DNA of 64,000 nt from positions 3,611 through 67,610 of the forward strand of contig WREI01000002.1 in assembly GCA_009779405.1 (NCBI GenBank), read 5' to 3'. The number at the start of each line of letters is the position of its first letter. The first letter of the stretch is position 1. Positions 9,446 through 18,477 of this stretch are shown here, in pieces. A program made the translations under genes and the position numbers. Below the pieces are notes generated by a model. It saw only the letters and a program-made list of their open reading frames with translations. It had not been told where the DNA came from and did not search any database. Origin of the DNA: Clostridiales bacterium. Lineage in GTDB: Bacteria; Bacillota; Clostridia; Christensenellales; CAG-138.

Positions 9446-9508
9446 AAAAGTCGAAAATAGATATGCGCAAAACGATTGTTTAATGCTTGTCAAACGGAAA
9501 CACCGATG

Positions 9509-9537
9509 TTGACATTTTTACCACCACCCCCTAAGAT
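9509..9537 (+). promoter_or_regulatory. Sigma-70-like promoter upstream of the packaging/late operon
   Basis: TTGACA (9509-9514), 17-nt spacer, TAAGAT (9532-9537). Confidence 0.5.
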
Positions 9538-9658
9538 TGTGTTAGAGTTATTCGTGTGTCCAATAAACGGCACACGAGCTTGACAAAATCATTGGTTGGC
9601 TCCTGTGGTTTTCGGAAGTGCGCCGCCTGCCAACGGGCGGCGTTGCTTTATGCCAAAT

Positions 9659-9683
9659 GCGCATCTATCGGGTGCGCTTTTTT
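9659..9683 (+). terminator. Terminator-like hairpin plus T6 in the terS leader
   Basis: GCGCA (9659-9663) / TGCGC (9673-9677) followed by TTTTTT (9678-9683). The stem is short, so this is a weak call. Confidence 0.4.
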
Positions 9684-9710
9684 ATATCCGCACGGAAGGA
9701 GGGCGGCATT

Positions 9711-10178
9711 ATGGCTGATTTTAGGAATAGCATGACCCCGCCCACGGAGCTGCAAATGCGGTTCGCGGACTTGTTCTTGCAGCACGGCGATGCCACGCGG
9801 GCCTACATGGAAGCCTACCCGAACGTAAAGAGCAAATCGGTAGCGTCTTCGGCAGCTCATAATCTCCGGCAAAAGTCGTCCCTCAAAGCATATATCGAAA
9901 CCAAACTGGAAGAGATGGGAGAGCAGCGAGTGGCTAAAGCACAAGAGGTGCTGGAGTATCTCACCTCAGTAATGCGCGGCGAGGCAAAAGCGCATGTGGC
10001 GCTGAGCAGTACTGACGGCGCGGTGGTATTGGAGAAGCCGCCGGATGAAAAAGAAAAGTTGAGAGCTGCAGAGCTTTTGGGCAAGCGATATCGGCTATTT
10101 ACTGATCAGTTGGCGATAGGAGCCGCTGATGTTGAGGATTTGGCCCCGTTGGCGGAGTTGTTGAAATGTGATAACTAA
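9711..10178 (+). CDS. terS: Terminase small subunit
   Basis: ATG at 9711 after GGAAGGAGGG. Sequence ELQMRFADLFLQHGDATRAYMEAYPNVKSKSVASSAAHNL is typical of Terminase_2-type small subunits. Confidence 0.85.
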   Translation: MADFRNSMTPPTELQMRFADLFLQHGDATRAYMEAYPNVKSKSVASSAAHNLRQKSSLKAYIETKLEEMGEQRVAKAQEVLEYLTSVMRGEAKAHVALSSTDGAVVLEKPPDEKEKLRAAELLGKRYRLFTDQLAIGAADVEDLAPLAELLKCDN

Positions 10179-11538
10179 ATCATCTACGATCCCGTGGCAG
10201 CCGTTCAGTCACAAGCACAAGAGATACATTGCGGACGCGCTCAATAACCGCATGTGCGTTGCCGAAGGAGCGATACGTAGCGGCAAGACGATTGACCATT
10301 GCATTATTGCCGCGAATTACTTAGAGCGTTGCCCCGACCGCATCCACTTGGCAAGCGGCTCTGACGTTGGAAATGCCAAGCTGAATATTGGCGATTGCAA
10401 CGGCTTCGGGCTGGAGCATATATTTCGGGGCCGGTGCCGGTGGGGCAAATACAAGGACAACGAAGCACTGTTCATATACCCGAATCCGAAAAACAGGAGT
10501 GTCGAAAAAATACTGATATTCGTCGGCGGCGGCAAGGCTGATAGATATAAAAAAATACTCGGGAATAGCTACGGGTTGTGGATTGCCACGGAGATTAATG
10601 AGCACTACGATTGTGACGACAGCCGGACGAGTTTTGTCAAAGTGGCAAACGGTAGGCAGGCGGCGGCGGCATGGCCTTTTACCCTGTGGGACTTGAACCC
10701 CTGCCATCCATCGCACCCGATATACACGAACTATATCGACCGATACAAAGAGGGGTTTTTAGGCGGCTATTTATACGAGCATTTCACGATGGCGGATAAT
10801 CTATCAATCCCGCTTGAACGGCGGGCGCAAATTGAGAGCCAGTACGTGCCGGGTACCGTTTGGTATGCCCGCGACATTTTGGGGGAGCGTCGTGTTGCGG
10901 AGGGGCTGATTTATCAGCAGTTTGCGGATAGTCCCGAGAGATACACGGTGCCCGCGGGCAAGCTGGCCGAGCATCTGCGCGATGTGGAGTTTGTCTCCAT
11001 CGGGATCGACTTTGGCGGCTCCCGATCGCTGACCACGTTTGTAGCAACGGCGGTTCACGCAGGCTTTCAAAGGCTGACCACTATATTGGACGGGCACATA
11101 AAAGGGCGCAAGGGTGAGATCGATGCCGACAGGCTTTGTTATGAGTTTATCGGGTTCGTGCAGCGAATCAGAACGGCATTTCCGTGGCTGCACATAAAAT
11201 ACGTTTGGGCTGACAGCGAGGCGCAGTATCTGATCAACAGTCTGCGCAAAGCGGCGTGGCAGATTGGGCTTGGCGGCGCTATCCATGATAGCAAAAAACT
11301 GAAGATCAAGAATCGCATTTTTGCCACGGGTACGTTGCTGAATATTGGGCGGCTATATGTCGCGGAGGGCTGTGATCTTGTCAAGGGTGGTCTTGAGAGC
11401 GCGATATGGGACCTCAAGAAGCCGGATACGCGGCTTGATAATTTCTCGACGGACATAGACATTTTGGACGGGTTTGAATACTCATGGGAGCCGTTTCTCG
11501 GTAAGCTACTGCCGGAATTCGCGAAGAAAGGAGAGTAG
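10168..11538 (+). CDS. terL: Terminase large subunit
   Basis: Walker A-like AEGAIRSGKT; size and position match; GTG start overlaps the terS end. Confidence 0.9.
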   Translation: MITKSSTIPWQPFSHKHKRYIADALNNRMCVAEGAIRSGKTIDHCIIAANYLERCPDRIHLASGSDVGNAKLNIGDCNGFGLEHIFRGRCRWGKYKDNEALFIYPNPKNRSVEKILIFVGGGKADRYKKILGNSYGLWIATEINEHYDCDDSRTSFVKVANGRQAAAAWPFTLWDLNPCHPSHPIYTNYIDRYKEGFLGGYLYEHFTMADNLSIPLERRAQIESQYVPGTVWYARDILGERRVAEGLIYQQFADSPERYTVPAGKLAEHLRDVEFVSIGIDFGGSRSLTTFVATAVHAGFQRLTTILDGHIKGRKGEIDADRLCYEFIGFVQRIRTAFPWLHIKYVWADSEAQYLINSLRKAAWQIGLGGAIHDSKKLKIKNRIFATGTLLNIGRLYVAEGCDLVKGGLESAIWDLKKPDTRLDNFSTDIDILDGFEYSWEPFLGKLLPEFAKKGE

Positions 11539-11541
11539 GCA

Positions 11542-13014
11542 TTGGACTTAACAACACTGCTAAAGAACGATTTGGGTATTAAGGCGGACGCCTCTTATCG
11601 CGCATTGATTGATACGTGGGTCTCATGGTGGAGAGGGTTTAACGAGGATTTTCACCGGCAAAATGAAACGGGTTATGACGGGAAAACGAGGACCCGGCAG
11701 ATATATTCCCTGCGCATGGGCAAAAAGGTGCCGGAGGATTGGGCCTCCTATCTCCTTAACGACAAGACCGTGATCACTATTGACGACGCAGCCGGTTCGG
11801 TCTATTTGCTTGGCGATTCTACCAACGCAATAGGCGGCGTGTTCAAGAAACTGCGTTTTTGGAAAAAAGCCAATGAGCTGATAGAAAAAGCGTTTTCGAG
11901 TGGCACGGGGGCGTTTGTTCTCTCCGTTGATAGGTTATCAGTATCGCCCGATGGGCGGTTTGCGGCTGCCGCGCCCGAATCGGGCATGCGAATATCGTAT
12001 TTGTCCGCGCCGTGCATTTATCCGATCTCGGTTAGCGATGGGGTTATAACCGAGGCGGCATTTGTTTCGAAGTCCCTATTGAAAGGCAAAGAATATGCGC
12101 TGGTGGAAGCACACACTATGCGAAACGGGCAGTATGTCATCGAAAACCGTTACTACGCAATCAAGGACGGAAGTTATACAGAGACACCACTGCCGGATGG
12201 TATTGCAGCGCAAGTGTACACGGGAAGCCCATATCCGTGGTTTGTGCTGGTGTCTCCGAATATAGTCAATCCGCATTCCGGCAACTACGGAATGGGCTGC
12301 GCTATATTCTCGGAGGCGATTGACCAGTTGAAGGGTGTAGACCTCGCATATAACAACTTCATGCGCGACTTTTTGCTCGGCGGCAAGAAAGTGTTTTACA
12401 ACGGCACTTTGGTCAAGACGATTGGTGTAGACAGCAAGGGGAAGCCGATCGAGCGGGCGCCTGACGATGTAATGCAGCAGTTGTTTGTAGCTGTCGGGGA
12501 TGAGTTTGTCGACGCGAACAAGGTGGTGTCTGAATTCAATCCCTCCCTGCGCGTTAAGGAAAACATGGACGGGGTACAGGCGCAAGTAAATTATCTCGGT
12601 TTCAAGTGTGGCATGGGGTCGGGGCATTATGTATTTGATACTCGCGTATCCGGCGGAAGGGTAATTACAGCAACCCAATATGTCGGAGAAAAGCAAGAGT
12701 TGAAGCAGAGCGCGGCGAAGCATGGCATTGAAATCGAGCGCGCTCTCACCGAATTAACCCGCGTCATGCTGTGGATAGCCAAGAATATCTTGGGTGAGGG
12801 CGTTAATCCAGATGCAACTATCACGATAGAATTTTCCGACGGCTACATTGTGAGTGACGAGGAAAAGAGAGAAACAGATCGCAAAGATGTCATGCAGGGC
12901 ATAATGGCCCCTTGGGAATATCGCATTCGCTGGTATGGCGAAGAGGAGACCGTAGCAAAAGCGGCGTTAGCCTCCAGTGCGGATGTGTTCGGGACGCGAA
13001 GTTATGGTGAGTAA
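11542..13014 (+). CDS. Portal protein
   Basis: 490 aa, directly after terL; TTG start after AAAGGAGAG; call based on position and size. Confidence 0.8.
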   Translation: MDLTTLLKNDLGIKADASYRALIDTWVSWWRGFNEDFHRQNETGYDGKTRTRQIYSLRMGKKVPEDWASYLLNDKTVITIDDAAGSVYLLGDSTNAIGGVFKKLRFWKKANELIEKAFSSGTGAFVLSVDRLSVSPDGRFAAAAPESGMRISYLSAPCIYPISVSDGVITEAAFVSKSLLKGKEYALVEAHTMRNGQYVIENRYYAIKDGSYTETPLPDGIAAQVYTGSPYPWFVLVSPNIVNPHSGNYGMGCAIFSEAIDQLKGVDLAYNNFMRDFLLGGKKVFYNGTLVKTIGVDSKGKPIERAPDDVMQQLFVAVGDEFVDANKVVSEFNPSLRVKENMDGVQAQVNYLGFKCGMGSGHYVFDTRVSGGRVITATQYVGEKQELKQSAAKHGIEIERALTELTRVMLWIAKNILGEGVNPDATITIEFSDGYIVSDEEKRETDRKDVMQGIMAPWEYRIRWYGEEETVAKAALASSADVFGTRSYGE

Positions 13015-13016
13015 TT

Positions 13017-14141
13017 ATGTTGACGTATCAGCAGCTTTCCGATCTGCCGGAGGCAATCGTTGCGTTGATCGGTGAAACAGAGCGGGCCATCATCGCGGAT
13101 ATGGCGCGCCGCATCGCAAGCATGGGCGGCGTTACCGATACGACGCAATGGCAGGCCCTGCGGCTGGAGTTGCTGGGAACGGTGGAGAGTCGCATATTGG
13201 AAACACTCTCAGCGGCTTTGAACCGATCTCAGCAAGAATTAATCAATCTATTTGATGAAGCCGCAATGCGTTCTCTGGCCCTGGATGAGAAGATATATAA
13301 GGCCGCCGGTTATTCGCCCGTCCCGCTGAGCGAGAATGCGTATTTACAACAATTGATCCGCGCGGGGCTGGAGAAAACGAAAGGAGCATACCGCAATCTG
13401 ACCAATACGACCGCCATAACGGCAACACGGCAGTTTCAAGACGCGCTTGATCTTGCATACTCTAAGATTGCAAGCGGCGCGTTCTCATACCAAGAGGCGA
13501 TCAAGGCGGGTATTAAAACGCTGACGCAAAATGGGCTTGCTTCCATAGGTTACGGCAGCGGGCATACTGATTGGCTGGATGTCGCGTTTCGGCGAGCTAC
13601 GCTGACAGGCGTCAATCAGACCTGCGCGGAAATTCAATTGGCAAACGCGGAGCAGCTCGGTGCTGATCTGGTGGAGACCACAGCGCATCACGGAGCGCGC
13701 CCTGATCACGCCGAATGGCAGGGGCAGGTATTCAGCATCTCGGGTACACACCCGAAATACCCAAGCTTTTACGAGTATACAGGCTACGGATACGGTTGGG
13801 GCCTTTGCGGGTGGAATTGTCGGCATTCGTTCTTCCCGTTCTTTGAGGGTCTCTCAGAGCGCGCATATGACGCAGAGACGCTGCGGGGCTACAATGACAA
13901 GACGGTTGAGTTTGACGGCAAAGAAATGAGCCTGTATGACGCTACGCAGCAGCAACGCTACATCGAGCGCGGCATACGGCGATGGAAGCGGGAAGCGTCC
14001 GCTATGGAAGCGGCAGGGGTTGATTCATCATACGCGCAGGCCAAGGTGCGAGAGTGGCAAGCGCGGCAGCGCGATTTTGTTTCACAAACGGGGTTAACAC
14101 GGGATTATTTTAGGGAGCGGGCTGGGAAACAGAACGCTTAA
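13017..14141 (+). CDS. Head morphogenesis / minor capsid protein (Phage Mu F-like, SPP1 gp7 family)
   Basis: HHGARPDHAEWQGQVF and CGWNCRHSFFPF motifs; follows the portal gene. Confidence 0.85.
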   Translation: MLTYQQLSDLPEAIVALIGETERAIIADMARRIASMGGVTDTTQWQALRLELLGTVESRILETLSAALNRSQQELINLFDEAAMRSLALDEKIYKAAGYSPVPLSENAYLQQLIRAGLEKTKGAYRNLTNTTAITATRQFQDALDLAYSKIASGAFSYQEAIKAGIKTLTQNGLASIGYGSGHTDWLDVAFRRATLTGVNQTCAEIQLANAEQLGADLVETTAHHGARPDHAEWQGQVFSISGTHPKYPSFYEYTGYGYGWGLCGWNCRHSFFPFFEGLSERAYDAETLRGYNDKTVEFDGKEMSLYDATQQQRYIERGIRRWKREASAMEAAGVDSSYAQAKVREWQARQRDFVSQTGLTRDYFRERAGKQNA

Positions 14142-14154
14142 TTAAGTTCAACCA

Positions 14155-14177
14155 AGCACCCGACGGGTGCTTTTTTG
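14155..14177 (+). terminator. Intrinsic terminator after the Mu-F-like gene
   Basis: AGCACCC-GAC-GGGTGCT followed by TTTTTT. Confidence 0.75.
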
Positions 14178-14271
14178 ATACATAAAATTCGCCCAGCGCA
14201 CGGCGTAAAACGGCGCGGCCGGCACGGGGAGCCGCCCCCGACATCAAGGCGTAGCCGAATAGGAGACAGAT

Positions 14272-14802
14272 ATGAAACGTGACTTTTTGGAAGGCTTGAA
14301 GCTGGACAAGGACACCATTGACACCATTATGGCCGAACACGGGAAAACCGTGGAAGGGCATAAGACCTCGCAGACAGCTCTGCAAAAGCAACTTTCCGAT
14401 GTGCAGGACGCGCTGAAAAAATTTGACGGCGTTGAGCCTGAAAAGATGACCGGCGAAATCGCCAAATTGCAAGCGGATTTGCAGACGAAGGAAGCCGACT
14501 TTGCGCAACAGCTTGCCGCGCGCGACTTTGATTCGCTCTTGAATGAGCGTATCGCGGGGGCGCGGGGGCGGAATGCGAAGGCAATCAAGTCACTGCTTGA
14601 CGCCGAGAAGTTACGCGGAAGCCAAAACCTAAAAGAGGACATTGCGGCGGCCCTTAAGGCTCTGCAAGAAAGCGATGCGTATCTGTTTGAAGAAACCAAG
14701 CCCGGTGTGCAAGTCAGTACAGGCGGGCAGCACTCGCAGGAAAAGCCCGGGGAGATTGATCCCTTCGACGCTGCCTGCGCAATGTACGAAAAAAAGAAAT
14801 AA
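14272..14802 (+). CDS. Scaffolding protein (phage GP20 family)
   Basis: MKRDFLEGLKLDKDTIDTIMAEHGKTVE.. start; charged coiled-coil composition; sits upstream of the capsid gene. Confidence 0.85.
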   Translation: MKRDFLEGLKLDKDTIDTIMAEHGKTVEGHKTSQTALQKQLSDVQDALKKFDGVEPEKMTGEIAKLQADLQTKEADFAQQLAARDFDSLLNERIAGARGRNAKAIKSLLDAEKLRGSQNLKEDIAAALKALQESDAYLFEETKPGVQVSTGGQHSQEKPGEIDPFDAACAMYEKKK

Positions 14803-14808
14803 GGAGAA

Positions 14809-15714
14809 ATGCACATGGCAACAGAAAATCAGAATCTGCCTGTTCGGCAGTATACGAAGCAGTATATGCGTATTCTCAAAGCTGTTTTTGCGGTAAAGAA
14901 TGCGTTTCAAAGACTGCTTTCCCCCTTGCAAACGCTTGACGGCGTCGAACAAAACAAGACGGCGTTTTCCGTTAAAACGTGCAATACACCCGTCGTCGTC
15001 GGTGATTACAACACGGGCGCAAATGTCGGCTTCGGCACTGGCACCGGCAGCAGCTCGCGCTTCGGCAACAGAACAGAAATAATCTACGGGGATGTTGATG
15101 TTCCCTATGACTACACCCTTGCCATCCATGAGGGCATTGACCGCTACACGGTCAACAATAGGCTCGATGCCGCCGTGGCGGATCGTCTCCGGCTCCACAG
15201 CGAGGCGCAGACACGCAAAATGAACAATCGCATCGGCGCGTTCATTTCCGCGAACGCAGGCAAAGTTCTGGCGCTTGTCGGCATGGCCGAGGATGCGCTT
15301 ACGGCATTGTTTGATTCTGCGGCTGCGCACTTCACCAATTCTGAAGTGGACGCTTCGCTGGTGGCATATGTCACGCCGGAGTTGTACAACGCCCTTGTGA
15401 ACCACGGTCTCGCCGTCCGCGAAAAGGGCAGCGGCGTCGACATCGACAGCAACGGAATCTACAAGTTCAAGAATTTCGCGATTGAATCCACGCCCAACAA
15501 ATACTTTGCTACGGGGGAAGTTGCGTATTTCGGCGCAGACGGCATCATAATCCCGTTCGTGGGCATCGTCACAACGCGCACGATTCCGAGCGAAGACTTT
15601 GACGGCAATGCCTTGCAAGCAGCGGCCAAGGGCGGCACGTTCATGCTGGACGACAACAAGGTGGCGTTGGTCAAAGTCACCTACACCGACCCGCTTGAGC
15701 CGGAAGAACCGTAA
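14809..15714 (+). CDS. Major capsid protein
   Basis: ~300 aa directly after the scaffold gene; strong SD AAGGAG; call based on position. Confidence 0.8.
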   Translation: MHMATENQNLPVRQYTKQYMRILKAVFAVKNAFQRLLSPLQTLDGVEQNKTAFSVKTCNTPVVVGDYNTGANVGFGTGTGSSSRFGNRTEIIYGDVDVPYDYTLAIHEGIDRYTVNNRLDAAVADRLRLHSEAQTRKMNNRIGAFISANAGKVLALVGMAEDALTALFDSAAAHFTNSEVDASLVAYVTPELYNALVNHGLAVREKGSGVDIDSNGIYKFKNFAIESTPNKYFATGEVAYFGADGIIIPFVGIVTTRTIPSEDFDGNALQAAAKGGTFMLDDNKVALVKVTYTDPLEPEEP

Positions 15715-15729
15715 AGAAGGAGGGCGGCC

Positions 15730-16089
15730 ATGTTTGCAAACTACCCATTTTACAAGGCTAACGGCGGCAGGCTGCCCGAAGACCGCTACAAGGCATTCAT
15801 CAGCAAGGCATACAACGCTATTCTAAGTCAGACACGCGGCGCGGCGAAAACCGCGCCCGCGTCAATGAAAAACGCTCTTAAGTTATGTGAATGCGATCTT
15901 GTGGACCTGCTTGCGGGCTATGCGGAAAGCGCGGCGGAGTTGCCGGGGAACATCAAATCGGTCCATAACGACGGGTATATCGTTACCGCTGAGAGCGGCA
16001 GCAGTGCCGAAAGCGTTGGGAGTGATATTCATGTGATATGCGCGCGCTATCTGACCTCGCCCGTGAATCTCATGTGCAGGTGGTTGTGA
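15730..16089 (+). CDS. Putative head-tail connector / head completion protein
   Basis: 119 aa after the capsid gene; SD GAAGGAGGG; function assigned by position only. Confidence 0.5.
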   Translation: MFANYPFYKANGGRLPEDRYKAFISKAYNAILSQTRGAAKTAPASMKNALKLCECDLVDLLAGYAESAAELPGNIKSVHNDGYIVTAESGSSAESVGSDIHVICARYLTSPVNLMCRWL

Positions 16090-16676
16090 TGATTGGGTTT
16101 GATAAAACAATTACGATCTATAACCAACGTTATGATCCTGCGACACGGGAAACCACATGGCCCAAGATAGTCATAAACGGCTGTAGCTGGACAGGTCATC
16201 AGCGGGTGACTATTGGTGAGGGTCTGACCTCAAACGACGGCTACAGCGTCCGTATACCGCTTGATTCGGTCTCCATTGCGGATACATATCCGTTGTGGCA
16301 GGCTGGAGTGGAGTACAGCGTTGGCGATGTCGTCAAGTATGGGGTAAACCAGTACGGCAAGCCGCAACTGTACAAGGTTCTGCAATACCACACCAGTCAA
16401 GCGGACTGGACCCCCGCCACAACGCCGACGCTTTATGGCGCTCTGGACATAGTCGCGGGCGGCTTCTTGCCGCAGGACAAGTATAGGGAACTGGCGGATC
16501 CGACGGGCTATTGGACGGCTCAAAACGGCGATTACGTTGTGCTGGGCGAAGGCGTATCGGTTGTGAACGGGATCACGGATATTACGCGGAAATATACGGA
16601 CTGCTTCAAGGTGACGACCGTCAACACCGCGAATATACACCGCTTGCTGCCGCATCTGAGAATCGAGGGAAAGTAA
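16089..16676 (+). CDS. Head-closure / minor capsid-type connector protein carrying an internal CBM5/12-like insert
   Basis: ATGA overlap start at 16089. Residues ~66-118, YPLWQAGVEYSVGDVVKYGVNQYGKPQLYKVLQYHTSQADWTPATTPTLYGAL, fit the W..G..Y..GD.V.Y....Y......H.S...W.P pattern. Confidence 0.7.
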   Translation: MIGFDKTITIYNQRYDPATRETTWPKIVINGCSWTGHQRVTIGEGLTSNDGYSVRIPLDSVSIADTYPLWQAGVEYSVGDVVKYGVNQYGKPQLYKVLQYHTSQADWTPATTPTLYGALDIVAGGFLPQDKYRELADPTGYWTAQNGDYVVLGEGVSVVNGITDITRKYTDCFKVTTVNTANIHRLLPHLRIEGK

Positions 16677-16677
16677 C

Positions 16678-17100
16678 ATGTCAAGCGTTGTGATACGTTT
16701 TCACGTAATTAACACCCCCCGGGGGGCGGTATACCACGTACCAGCGGCGGCAGGTGGAGAGATAACGGCTAAACTTGATTTTAATCCCGAGTTTGGCCAG
16801 GTCTATACAGACAGGTTAAGCAGAGCACAAATGTATGTTGATAGCGAAGTGCTGCGATTCTGCTCCGCTCGTGTCCCATTCAAAACCGGTATGCTGCAAA
16901 AATCCGGTATCCTTGGAACTGTGATCGGCAGTGGCGAGATCCAGTATGTCGCTCCATACGCAGCGCGGCAGTATTACCGTACAGCGCAAACAAGGATATA
17001 TGATGCGAATCGCGGCGCGTTTTGGTTTGAGCGTGGGAAAGCTGCGGAAAAAGATCGTATACTGCGTGGCGCTATGAGAATCGCGGGAGGTGGGCAATGA
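16678..17100 (+). CDS. HK97 gp10-like tail/neck completion protein
   Basis: ARVPFKTGMLQKSG and YAARQYY motifs; position. Confidence 0.6.
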   Translation: MSSVVIRFHVINTPRGAVYHVPAAAGGEITAKLDFNPEFGQVYTDRLSRAQMYVDSEVLRFCSARVPFKTGMLQKSGILGTVIGSGEIQYVAPYAARQYYRTAQTRIYDANRGAFWFERGKAAEKDRILRGAMRIAGGGQ

Positions 17101-17540
17101 CCGAAACTATGCTCGGCGCTCTCTTTGAGTTCTTTGGAGTCTGCCCGCTGATTTCCGGCAATCGTTTGAACATTGATTATTTGCCAGAGGGAACCAAGCA
17201 GGCGGGCATAGAATACGCGATAGGCCTATTCCCGACAGATGAAGTGCTGCGCAGATACGTGGACGGCGGGGCGCATTGCCGCCTTCCATTTGTGCTAAGC
17301 AGCGTAAACGATTACGGCCCCGATGTTAGGCAGAATATCGAGAATTCCGGCTTCTATGATGCGTTTGCGGAATGGGTTCGCGAACAGTCTAAAAAGCGGG
17401 CGTTCCCAGCTCTCCCTAATGGGCTGACTGCACGCAGCATGCGCACGATCGGCCCGGGCTATCTATTCCAGCCGGACGCTGACGCAGGAAAATACCAAAT
17501 ACAATGCGAAATCGAATACTACAGAAAAGGGGACAGATAA
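17097..17540 (+). CDS. Hypothetical tail-completion protein (by position)
   Basis: 147-aa ORF with ATGA overlap to the upstream gene, immediately before the tail tube gene. Confidence 0.5.
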   Translation: MTETMLGALFEFFGVCPLISGNRLNIDYLPEGTKQAGIEYAIGLFPTDEVLRRYVDGGAHCRLPFVLSSVNDYGPDVRQNIENSGFYDAFAEWVREQSKKRAFPALPNGLTARSMRTIGPGYLFQPDADAGKYQIQCEIEYYRKGDR

Positions 17541-17541
17541 C

Positions 17542-18042
17542 ATGACAGTAGCCGAATTAATGACCGGCAAAACACCGAATCCGGCGTTTGAAGGGTTTGC
17601 CACTGCTGATGATATGGTGTTAGCCATTGATTTCACCGGGGAGGCAACAAATGTAAATGACTACCTTGTCGCGCAGATCGGCATCACAGAGGCATCCGGT
17701 ACGCTGAACGCGCAGACACAGACCAGTCAATACCTGCGCACGGGCGAGGTGACGACCAAAACGGGCACTTCGCGCGAGTTCACGATCAGTGGTGATCGGT
17801 ATGTGGGTGACGGTTTCCAAGACGCTCTGCTCAGCCACAAACTCAAATACGGCACCGGGCAGGCGGTTGTTAAGCCGTACGCCTATTTCAACCTGCTCAC
17901 CGGCAAAGGGGAAAAGGGCAACGGCTCCATCGTCGTGGGTGACGACCTGGGCGGCGCCGCCGGTTCCAACGCCGGTCTGACCGCGACGCTTACCTCCACG
18001 GTCAAGCCGGATGAGTACACCTACGCGCCGAAAACGCCGTAA
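17542..18042 (+). CDS. Major tail (tube) protein
   Basis: 166 aa, followed by a terminator, chaperone genes and the tape measure; composition is typical of TP901-1/phi13-type tube proteins. Confidence 0.75.
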   Translation: MTVAELMTGKTPNPAFEGFATADDMVLAIDFTGEATNVNDYLVAQIGITEASGTLNAQTQTSQYLRTGEVTTKTGTSREFTISGDRYVGDGFQDALLSHKLKYGTGQAVVKPYAYFNLLTGKGEKGNGSIVVGDDLGGAAGSNAGLTATLTSTVKPDEYTYAPKTP

Positions 18043-18061
18043 AAATTCATGAAGCAATCGC

Positions 18062-18089
18062 AGGGCGGGGTTACCCCGCCCTTGTTATT
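18062..18089 (+). terminator. Hairpin/attenuator after the tail tube gene
   Basis: AGGGCGGGG-TTA-CCCCGCCCT (9-bp stem) followed by TGTTATT. Confidence 0.65.
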
Positions 18090-18099
18090 GGAGGCCACT

Positions 18100-18477
18100 A
18101 TGCTGAAAGTTTTTGATCTTGAATTGGACTTCGACATCACATCACCGGCAGACGTTATGCGGTATAAGACCGCCGGTGAGGTGATGGAAGCGGCTGCCGA
18201 TTCTATAACTCTCCCCACGGTTCCCGAGGATGATCCCGAATTCATCAATCAGTATTACGCGATGCTCAATGATGAGCTGCGTCTGTTCGGGGATTTCATT
18301 GATGAGGTTTTCGGCGACGGCATTGCGAATAGGCTGCTCGGCAGAAATCCCAGCCTTAACCGTGTCGCCGACATTAATGATGCGCTGGGCGCGGCCATGG
18401 AGACGCAGGGGCGTGAATACGGGGCCAAGGTGCAGAAATATACACCGAATCGCGCAACGCGGCGCAAAAAGCCATGA
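18100..18477 (+). CDS. Tail assembly chaperone (gpG-like)
   Basis: ATG at 18100 after GGAGG (18090-18094). The track start at 18049 would include the hairpin. Acidic small protein upstream of the TMP. Confidence 0.65.
   Translation: MLKVFDLELDFDITSPADVMRYKTAGEVMEAAADSITLPTVPEDDPEFINQYYAMLNDELRLFGDFIDEVFGDGIANRLLGRNPSLNRVADINDALGAAMETQGREYGAKVQKYTPNRATRRKKP

Noticed and set aside
9580-9585. Second TTGACA in the terS leader as an additional promoter
   Set aside because: No acceptable -10 hexamer lies 16-18 nt downstream.
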